DNA of 64,000 bases from Yuukianura sp. NJ FZ-2021. Taxonomy: Eukaryota. Positions within the stretch are counted from its first letter, which is position 1; every line of letters starts with the position of its first letter. The position numbers were made by a program, and so were the translations under genes. Positions 52,125-61,770 of this stretch are shown here, in pieces. Where the stretch lies: assembly GCA_046563655.1 (NCBI GenBank), contig CM102287.1:3286001-3350000 (forward strand). Direction: 5' to 3'. The notes beneath the pieces are model-generated. The model made no database searches. It saw only the letters and a program-made list of their open reading frames with translations, and was not told the origin of the DNA.

Positions 52125-54444
52125 TTATAGCGATTTGGTCGGAGAAGACTCGAGTGTGCTGGAATCTGTTGGAGTTTGATCAGTTTCTGGAACTTGATGT
52201 TCATCCTCGGAGGGGAGTAGTCAGCATCTTGTGCTTGCGGATTTTGGTTGGACACCATTTCAGTATCAGAATGCTGTTCACGCTCGGAATCGGAGTCCTC
52301 ATGACCACGAGTTTCAAAATTTTGGGTGCGCTGAGGAGAATCGAATTCGGATTCGGAAGAATCTTCCTCCTTGTCATCTTCACTTTCTTCAAAAGTTTCG
52401 ATTTTAAAAAATTCACTGTCGTCGTGGTCACCTTCTGACTCTTCAGTGACCTGAATGACCGCGGCAGGTTCTGATTCTGCAAACATTCTGATTGGTAGAT
52501 GGTGGTGGTTACACAAAAGTTCTTCGTAGTCTCCAAGTTCTCTTGGTTCTTCGAGGGTTCTGTCGTAGTAGTTGAATGGAAAGTGTGTCACGAATTTAAC
52601 TTCGTCCATGTGATAGAGTTGCGGTGCTATGTCGTACCCTGAGAACACAACGAAACGATATAATAACTTAGGTATATAAGTTAGCCAGTTCTCTATCAAT
52701 AGTTTCTTACTTCGTTCATAGTTTTTAGGATTGAAGGGATAAGCATCACAGTAAGTTGTGGGTACAAGCCAAGCGATTTCAGCGTATCTTTCAGCGTTTT
52801 CAAATTCAACCAAGTTGAGAATCTGAGCAAAGTAGGGTGAGGGTCCAGTTGGTTGGTCAATAGCAACAATGTCGCCGATTTGGTAGTAAGTCATATCGTG
52901 AAAAAACGACCGGCCAAAACTCACGTCAATTTTTTCCGATTCGGACAGCGACGGTCTGATACCCTGCAAGTAGACAATTTTTTTTATGCTGTTTTTTGAG
53001 AAAACATGTTTTGTGACTTACTTTTCGAACCATCGCTCGCTTCATCATTGTCCGACGACCTCTTTTTCTTGATTTTCGTTTCGGTACGGTACGTCGAATC
53101 TGAGTCTGAGATGCTTTCAATACGGCAGGATCCGGAACTTTTGGGACACGACGAAAACCGGAGTCGTCATCCGATGAACTCTCCGAACTCCCGTCGGGAG
53201 TCGAAGGAAAACAAGGAACAGCAAATCTAGGATCGTTTTTGACTTCAGCCAAGTCCTCTTCCGCTTTGAGTTTGCAGCTTTCGCTCCATTTTTCAGCTGC
53301 TTGAGTAAACGCCTCTTGCTCGATCGTCTCAAAATCAATTTTAATTGGTTTCGGAGGTTCCACTTCTGGTTCTTCTTCAATCGTTTTGGCCAATTTGCGA
53401 GTGAGAAAGTTAATTTTGATTTTGACTGGTCCATATGGTTTAGTAGATTTCTTGCGTTTGATAGGCGAAGTATTGTAAGCCTTCCTCTCAGCCATGGTTC
53501 GAACTCTATTGGCTGAACTCTGATTGGTTGAACTCTGAGGAAAAGGAAGTTTTGTCATTATCTTCTTCCTTTTTACAGGAAGTTGTTTCCTTTTGACTGA
53601 AGTTTTGTCGGATTCAGATTCAGAAGCCCTGGAGCTAGTGGAACTGGAAGGCTTCGATGAAGTTGACGAAGTGCGGGGTGACGACGATGACTTTGAGGAG
53701 GAAGTTGAGGAAGTGCGGACTGACGACGATGAGGAAGAGGAAGCGAAGTTGTACGACAATGGATAGATTCTCTTATAGACGGTGGGGCGGTGGCGGGGTA
53801 GTTTCGGTGGGGATGTGCTGGATACCGATTCCTTTTCGGTTTCCTGCTGTTTGTGATCTGGTAATCTAGATAATCGTATTTCCAGTTTCTTGTGAGCTTC
53901 CAGATCCGTAAGGTTAACGTCCTGCAACATATGGAATTAATCATGTCCTAACTTAGTAATGAAAATAAAGATGTTAGTTCAGTACATACCCTTTTAGTTG
54001 GACTTTCATCGTCCATTGTTCCTTCAGTACTGGCAGACATCAGTCCATCAGCTAGAGACAGAGCACCGATGTCATCTGGTCCTTCACTGTCGTCTTCCTG
54101 CTTCTCCGATGACTCTGTTGTGTCCAGAGCTGAATTTGCAATTGGTACATCCGTTTTTTCAGTACCATCATCGTCATGTTGCCCAGCTTCATTTTCCTCT
54201 GTCTTCGCATTTCCTGTGTCATCTGAAACGGAATCAATGTTGGAATGCTCTTTTCTTGGTGAGTCATCACACTCGTCGGCTTGTCCTTCTAAACCTTCGT
54301 CTTGAACAGAACTGGGAACGATCTCCTAAAAAAAATCAAAATTATGACTGATTAAAACTAATACAAAAGAAAGTGATCCACTACCAAAGAAGGATTTGAA
54401 GAATCAATTGCACAAATTAAGCTAACCATTTTAGAAACTTCCAT
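52125..54444 (-). CDS. GATAD1-like protein (C-terminal BAH-like domain) lacking a GATA zinc finger
   Basis: Exons MEVSKM | EIVPSS...PTKR | DVNLTD...MVRK | GIRPS...YER | YDIAPQ... The segment SFFHDMTYYQIGDIVAI...PYFAQI...AEIAWLVPT...FNPKNY...MDEVKFVTHFPFNYY resembles the recalled GATAD1 C-terminus (YYQIGDVVS..KPYYAQIR..LTWLIPT..FDPASY..MEYLEFVCHAPSEYF). The 3' end is uncertain: 52125 with a 1-nt indel, or 51965 as written. Confidence 0.7.
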
Positions 54445-54725
54445 TTCCTGTGGTGTGGATCTTGCCAGAGAGCAATTGATTGTCGTTTTTGGCCAATTGA
54501 TTCAATTAATCGACGGAAAATGTACACAAAATTAATTGAAACTGAAAGAAGAAAAGCCGAACTTTATTCTTTATTTTATTTTTTGTAATTTTTATTTGTT
54601 TTTGTTTTTAATTTAAATCCACTTTGGCGCGCAAAACGTTCAGCGAAGGGGTAAGGTGACACGAAGGTAATCTGCTCACATAGCGGTTCTAAACAATAAA
54701 AATTTAAAAATTTGGAACCAAAAAA

Positions 54726-54739
54726 ATCTCCATGGCAAC
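54726..54739. promoter_or_regulatory. X-box (RFX-binding) motif upstream of chibby-like gene
   Basis: ATCTCCATGGCAAC fits RYYNYY-AT-GGNAAC and lies ~175 bp upstream of the chibby ATG. Confidence 0.6.
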
Positions 54740-54913
54740 CGGGACCACTTTTAATTTTGCTTGTTTCGTTTATAAATCAAAACCCACAAATCGTCATTGT
54801 TGATTCAAAGTCTCAGTTGCTTGAAAATCTCTGTATTTGCAATCCATCTCTGTTTGACCTCTTGTGTTGTTTAACCGCGAGTGACCTGACCCTGACTTGA
54901 ACTGTAGGTCAAC

Positions 54914-55472
54914 ATGCCTTTGTTCAGCTTCTGCAGTCACTTCAAGCTTCGAAAGGCTCCGCCAAGAGATCCCAAGTTCCGTCCTACCGGGAGTGCCGCC
55001 AAAAGTTCAAAAGAAGATTCATGTGAGGAGGTCAAGGTCAACCTAGGGTCAGTGACCTGCAAATTCCAAGATGGAGACTGGAACAACGGTGACTTAAGTT
55101 TACATAATAATTAATCTAATAATTAACACAATTTAATCTTAAAGTTTGATTTTGATCTTCCAGACATTCCTCAGACGAAAGAAAAAGTTGACCAGGAGTT
55201 GCTGATTCTGCGCTGTCAAAATGCCAAAATGGAGGAACAAATGAATTTGATTCGAATAAAATACGAACTGCTTCTGGACACTGTAAGCTCCAAACTTAGA
55301 GGTCAAAGGTTATGAAAGGCCAAAAGTCAAGGTCATTGACATTTTGATTTTAACTTTCAAACAGGTTGTTATCCAAAACTCCAAAATCCGTCAACTGGAG
55401 ACAGAAAATGGTACACTGCGGGAGATTTACAACAGACCGAAAGGACGATTTCAAAAACAGAGTGCAAACTAA
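54914..55472 (+). CDS. Cby: Chibby-like basal body/coiled-coil protein
   Basis: Three exons (54914-55088, 55163-55282, 55365-55472) give MPLF...F...KAPPR...VNLGSVTCKFQDGDW...LRCQNAKMEEQMNLIRIKYELLLDT...QLETEN. Compare recalled CBY1: MPFF..FSPKKTPPR..MNLAGQSLKFENGQW..RRNQQLEEENNLLRLKVDILLDML. Confidence 0.78.
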
Positions 55473-57359
55473 AGCAAAATAAACTGGAAAACTTCCAATT
55501 TTGAAGTTTTTGAAGTTCAAAAACTCACTTTTTCAAAAAACAGTTCCAGAATATGTGAAAAAAACAGCATAAAACCGTTGAAACGTCCGTTTGATTGTGC
55601 TCATTTGTTAATTTTAGAATTTAATAAAAAGGTCGCCGTTCTAAATAAAATTGGCAAATCAAGCGGATTTGAAAAAGTACTAAAAAAAATTCTATTTTCG
55701 TTTTTTGGCTCGCTTTTGAGAGGAAAACATTTGATTACTTTCCATCTTTTGTCTATTCAAACAAAATGTAATACTTTTCAAACTAAATGAACCGATTTTA
55801 TTTATTGACAACGTTTTTTTGAAAATTGTTTCATTTACTTTTCAAATTTATGAGTATGATCATTTTTTGGAAGTTGTTTCTTGGAGATTGTGTAATAAAA
55901 TGATCATGGTCTAAAAATATTTTATCATTTTTGCAAATTCAGGTTCTTCTTTTTCTCTTTTATACAAATTCGCAATGTTTCAGCTTTCAGATAGTTTAGT
56001 GCATTCGTTTTTCCAAATTTTATGCAAGACTTGCGGCGGAATGTGTTGCCAAAAACACTGTTTTACAGAAAAAACAAAAAAGAAAATTATTATGACCAAA
56101 AAAAATTTGTTACAAATTGATTTTAGTGACAGACAAATTACCGATGACTCTTCGAAAAACAATAATCTAAGAGGATCGTAAATTGTTGAAAAAAAAAAGA
56201 GTTTTCGAAAAGCTTAGGAAAAATTACACTTTTATCAAAAGGGTATTGATTTTGGGTTTTGCTCAATTTTTCCAAAATTTTGTTATCTTTGGCAAATTTG
56301 TGAGTGATGAAACCACATTGCGACTGTTGTGGGAGAAAGACAAGATATAAAATGCTAAAACTTTTTTTTTAGTTTTGAGTTTTTCGACATTTGAAATAGT
56401 TGGACATGTACTTGTCTAAAAGTTTTTGGCAAATTCAAAAAACTTGCAACTTTGGTACGTACTTGGACCACAATTCCTTTTCATTGCCCAATTTTTTTGG
56501 AAGTAGCCCATAAAACTTTATTCAGAAAAATAACACAGTTTTTTTTATAAGTCGCCCACTTTCACAAGGAAAAAAGCTTCGTCTTTCACTCCTCCTTTTT
56601 AAGTTGGTAATGAATGATCTACTAAAATAATTATTTTTAGAGCTCCAAGCAACCTTGTTTTTTTTTTGGAGAAGCAACACAACCCAGCTAACGTAGAAAT
56701 TCGGACGAAGACTAAGATCGTGTCAGTTAAAAAAACGATTTTTTCTTGGCTCACGACATGGACGACACTTTTTACAACTAACTTTTTATACACAAACTAG
56801 AAGCGACAGAAACACTAAGAACAACAACGTTTTTTCAAAAAAAAAAAAATGTGGGCGAGGACAGAAATAATGTCGAAAGGTCAAAGGTCACTGACGTCAA
56901 TTGACGTCGTCCATGACGGGTTTGACGGATTACGTCGTCCATGACGGACTCCAGGTAAATGTCACAATAAGGACGCTATGGATGTCCTCTACAAAAAATG
57001 TCAGACATTAGTCTGCGGTGACACAAATTCAAAAAAAAACGCCGAAACTTGGCCGTCGAAACTGTTCCGGTACTGAAGACCGTCGAAACGATACCATCCG
57101 GTACTGCCTGGAAAGTGTTACGGTACTGACGACCGTTATGACACTGAAAAATTGAAACCGTTCCGCCTGACGACCGTTGACGGATTGATGTCACCGTTGA
57201 GCCCAAAGTTGTCAAAAGTAACAACTTTTTGATGAGAGCCTCACTTGTCACATTTACAAACTGCCAAGACGAAAATACTTTTTCAAAAACTCCCGTTTTT
57301 TGAAAAATTGAAAATACTTTTTCAAAAACTCCCGTCTTTGAAAACTTGCACCTAAAAGT

Positions 57360-58844
57360 TTATAGTCCATCGTCCAGGTTAAGTATAAGTGCCCCACCGC
57401 TGCTTCTGGACCCACGTCCCACACTCCCACCGCTCGCCGTCCCTAAACTCCCACTGTCACACCCCACTGAAAGTGTTCTGGACACGGGCGGGCGTGGTCT
57501 TGACCCGCCTTCTTCAATGTTTACTGAAGGTGTTCTGGAGACGGGCGGGCGTGGACGGGTACTTGACCCGCCTTCAGTGTTTACTGAAGGTGTTCTGGAT
57601 ATGGGCGGGCGTGGACTTGACCCGCCTTCGTCAATGTTGACTGAAGGAGTTCTGGAGTATTTCGGTAAAAAGTCGACCGTGACCGATCCAGTTCTGCCTC
57701 CGCGTGGAACTGTCATGGTTCTGGACAGCAGTGGAGCTCCTAAAACAGGTAACCCACCACTGATACTCCCATCTCCATTGGCATTCATAGACTGAGTTCT
57801 GGAACATGGGACACTTCCTGGCGGGGTCATGAGGTCACCGACGTTGACCGAAGAAGTGCGAGAGACGCTTCTGATTGGCAGAACGGGACTGCTGGAGGCG
57901 GAAAGCGTCGTCATCGGATTGGCAAAAATTGAGTGCAGGTCGGCAATGAACTTCCCGATGATGTAAACACCTATGAGTCGAAAACTTCCTTCAAAAGCAT
58001 CCATAGATACTGAAACTGAAATTCAAAAAAAAAAAAATTGTCAAAAATTTTCAAAAAAAAATTTTGTTTGAAAAACTTTACCTAAACGCTGGTTTTCACC
58101 ATCAATTACAAAGTAAGTGTATAGCGAAACGAAGAGATCCAAAACGAGAAAAACCAAGAGCACAATTGAAAATGTCTTCCACAGTTGACACTGAAAAGGT
58201 CAAAGGTCAAAACTTTTGTATTTTGAAAAGTTGAAGTTTGAAGAGTGTGACCTTACCTTCTTCATCATTGTTTCTGGGTCTGTAGTCATCTGGAACAAGG
58301 AAGGTCAAAGGTCAAAGCTCATTTTTTTTGTTAACTTTTAACTTAAAAAACTTACATCTTTTGTTGCAGTGAGCAGAAGGAAGGCAATTACTAATTGAAG
58401 TCCAATTAACGCAAAAACTACTAACCAGTAAACCATTGCTATGAAAATATCTGAAAAATTACACAATTACAAATTACTTAGTAACTAATTACTTGAATTA
58501 TTTGAATTACTTAACTAATTACTTTTCATGTCGCCTTACTTTCATTAGCCCCAATGAGAACAATAAGACTTTGATCCTTAAAATCGTAGGTAACAAGTCG
58601 ATATGCTGCGTAGAACAGGAGTAAGCCAGAAATATTCTTTTCAAATTTAAAAAATTGTTAGACTTTCAAATTTTTGAATGTTTTTTGTCTAGATTTATCA
58701 ATTTTTTTTTACCAGATCAATAATGGCAATGTATCTAACAGTTTTTTTGCGAACAAATGGATCACTCTGCATCCGCTGCCTTAGCGTCCCACCGCCACTA
58801 CTGTTGTTCCCACCGGATTTTCTGGAATTGGATCTACTCAGCAT
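57360..58844 (-). CDS. Four-TM membrane protein with Ser/Thr/Pro-rich repeated cytoplasmic tail
   Basis: Six in-frame exons from ATG 58844 (MLSRSNSRKSGG...YIAIIDL | NISGLLLFYAAY... | IFIAMVYWLVVFALIGLQLVIAFLLL | MTTDPETMMKK | CQLWKTFSIVLLVFLVL... | ...FEGSFRLIGVYIIGKF). The tail has 3-4 copies of RTPSVNxxEGGSxPRPPxS. Confidence 0.72.
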
Positions 58845-59292
58845 CTTTTCTTGTCACAACGTTGGATCGCCAAAGGTCAAAGGTCAATCCGTTAATTTCC
58901 GAATCATCTTACATCCCTAGCCAATTACCTAACATAACTTCGTCTTAAAAGGAATACGAAGTTGTAAATTGACCTAACATAATCAACTGTCACCACTTTG
59001 TCACTAAAAATGAAAAATGAAGGCTCTTGGCACCGCGCCGTTGGACTTCACCGAGCTAACTGAAAGTTGAAACTGATGCAGCAGTGGAGTACGAGTACAC
59101 TCTTCATCGTGTGTAAAAAGATATTCTTAGACGCTCACAACTTTAGCTATCTATTTCAAAAAAAAGTTGAGTATGTTCTCAATGCTGTCTGCGTCACACG
59201 TAACTAAACCCGAAAGACACAAAGTGTCAGGTCACGGACAACAACGGTGACCTTTGAGAAGATCATAAAACATTAAGACTTTATTACTTTGA

Positions 59293-59472
59293 TTATTTAC
59301 CAGCAGCGATTAGTTTCTCAGCATGGATCAAGTTCATCTGTACACTTTCTCGGGGAACTTTAGCTAAACGTTTTTCTCTAAATGCTGCTGCTGAAGAGAT
59401 TCGATCTGTCTTCAGTTCGGATACTGTAGTGACTTCAATGTTCAAGTCCTTGTAGACCTTGCGGTGTTTAGC
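59293..59472 (-). pseudogene. Exact 180-bp duplicate of the last coding segment (including stop codon) of the NOL7-like gene
   Basis: 59293-59472 is identical to 60520-60699 (AKHRKVYKDLNIEV...EKLIAAGK*). Confidence 0.9.
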
Positions 59473-60519
59473 GTTTTGCAAGTGAGGGTTTTCAACGCAA
59501 AACCATTTACCGTATCTTAGACCGATACAATACAAGTGGTGAAAGTGTCTACAAACCAAATAACACCCGAAAACCAAAGGTCATGACCGACAAGGTCATT
59601 CAAAAAGTGAAAGCTGCTTTCACCAAACATCCAACGACGAGTGTGAGGAAAGTCGCTGCTCAATTGAAGCTCAAACCGTCAACTGTGTCATACATAAAAA
59701 TCAAAAAGCTCGGTATGACCGCCAGAACCCGCAGGGTCACCTCCAGAATGGTCAGTGACCAAAAACAACGAGCAAAAACTGGGTGCCTCCGACTTTACCG
59801 GAAGTTGAAGGAGAAACTTTGGGTGATTGACGTTGAATCTTCTGTACTTATGGACCCAAATAAGCGCCCCGGGAGAAAGTTTAGACCATAAACAAGTCGA
59901 ATTTCAGTACAAGTTCATCGGAAAATCTAAATTTGCAAAATAAAGGGATGATTTGCCAAGCAATCGATTCCAAGGGCAAATCTTCGGAACACTTTCTTTG
60001 CGAAGGCAGGATGCATCAGCACGTGTATTTGCAACTTTTGCAGGAAAAACTCATCCCATTCATCAAAAAACATCATAATTTACAAGATGTACTGTTTTGG
60101 CCCGACCTAGCTTCGTGCCACCACGCAAAATCTGTTACTAAGTACTTGGGATCCGAAAATGTCAACTTTCTCCGGGAAGATCGGAACCCCCATAACTTCC
60201 CGCAGGCCAGAGGAATTGAGAAGTTTTGGATGTTAGGAAAGGAAAAGTACTCTGCTCGATAGCCTACAGCAAAAAACTCCCGGGGATTTGTGCGAATTTG
60301 GTGCAATATGGCGGCGGAAGTGGAGAAAGTGCATGGGGAGAAAGTCATGGCCCCTGCCTTCACCTTTCTCCGTGAAATCGGTCACAAGGGGTACCAACGC
60401 GCTCTGTGTCGTCTAGTGAACCGTAAAAAATATTGAAGTGTGATGCCTGACCCAATTTGCAATTGTTGTGCGATAAAATATACAAAAAACAAAATGTGTC
60501 CTTTGACCTTAGACATGCT
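59473..60519 (+). mobile_element. Degenerate, 5'-truncated IS630-Tc1-mariner transposase of DD37E (ITmD37E/TRT) type
   Basis: HTH remnants (EGFQRKTIYRILDRY; PTTSVRKVAAQL), first-D region WVIDVES, LFWPDLASCH and NPHNFPQARGIEKFW, with exactly 37 residues between D and E. Stop/frameshift near 59890 and stop at 60260-60262. No paired TIRs found. Confidence 0.85.
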
Positions 60520-61095
60520 TTATTTACCAGCAGCGATTAGTTTCTCAGCATGGATCAAGTTCATCTGTACACTTTCTCGGGGAACTTTAGCTAAACGTTT
60601 TTCTCTAAATGCTGCTGCTGAAGAGATTCGATCTGTCTTCAGTTCGGATACTGTAGTGACTTCAATGTTCAAGTCCTTGTAGACCTTGCGGTGTTTAGCT
60701 TTCGGAAGTTCCGGTGCTGGTGCAGAATCTTCAGTAGGCATTGACCTTTGTCTTGTTATCGTAGGATCAGCAAGTTCTGCTCGCAGTTTGTCCAGAATAC
60801 TTGCGGATGTCGTATCTTCTTTTCTTCGTCTCCTTTCAGCCTGAAACACAAACGTGCAAATGTGAGAATTCAATAGACTAATTGAAAATATTTACCAAAT
60901 TTCAAAAAAAGTAGTTACCTTCTGGGCCTTTTGAGCAATGAATGCCTCCTCCCTCATTTTCCGTTTCAGTTTTGCATGTTGCTTTTCCAGTTTCTTCTGC
61001 ATGTTTACCAACTGCCGTTCCTTTTCAACTTCCAGTTTGGCTGTATTGAACGATACCTGCTCTGGAGCGTCATCGGAGTCCGAATCTGAGGACAT
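60520..61095 (-). CDS. NOL7/U3 snoRNP-associated-like small nucleolar protein
   Basis: Two exons (61095-60919, 60841-60520): SDSDDAPEQVSF...KLKRKMREEAFIAQK...SAAAFREKRL. Resembles recalled NOL7 DEAPEELTF...KEKRKRREELFIEQK...AAQAF. Confidence 0.6.
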
Positions 61096-61770
61096 TATGC
61101 GTCAATTGAGTAAGGGAACTTGGGAGTTAATTGAATAATTAACAAATTAACCAAGGGCCGACAGTGAGAGAGAGAAAAACAACGGACAGGACAGGACACA
61201 GAACAAGAAACAAATTTCAAATTTTTTTGTTGAAGAAAAAATCAAAAACACATGTTAAGAATTTGAAATTCTAGTTTGCCGCGCTTTTGTTCTTGTTTAC
61301 AAATTGAAAGATTTGAATGAATCGGTTGAAGTTCAACATAACCAACACTATTGTATCCCAAGTTCAATTTCAGCTGAATTTTTCAAAATAACCAATTCCT
61401 CTAAAAGTAAGAGTGGTAATTTTTCAAAGGCTTATCTTCTCTAAACTCGCGAAGGTTCTATGGGCACTAACTGTGGGCATCTCAGTTCTCCCTATCTCAT
61501 ACCTGGGGGCACATTTTAGTTAAAGTTAGGGTACTGAGCGACCAAAACTAACTACAGATTCGTAATCAGCGTAAAAACTGAGTCAATTGAGATTGTTATC
61601 TCAATTAAACGAGCTTCGCGAGTTTCGAGAAGCAGTTCCTTTTCAAAATTCTGCCACGTCAAAAAGTTAGAAAACAGGTGAATTTTTTCCGAGAAAAACA
61701 TTTCGAGACGTTAGAGTACGCGTGAATTTTCCATTCCATTCTATACCAAAAAATTCCATTTTTTTCACTC

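Noticed and set aside
56550..57345. Palindromes and short direct repeats (GACGTCAATTGACGTC, CGGTACTG, duplicated GAAAATACTTTTTCAAAAACTCCCG) suggesting a MITE
   Set aside because: Could not define matching termini or a TSD; probably repeat debris.
59293..59577. 94-aa chimeric ORF (antisense transposase + duplicated exon) as a new gene
   Set aside because: No ATG start; it is a by-product of the duplication junction.
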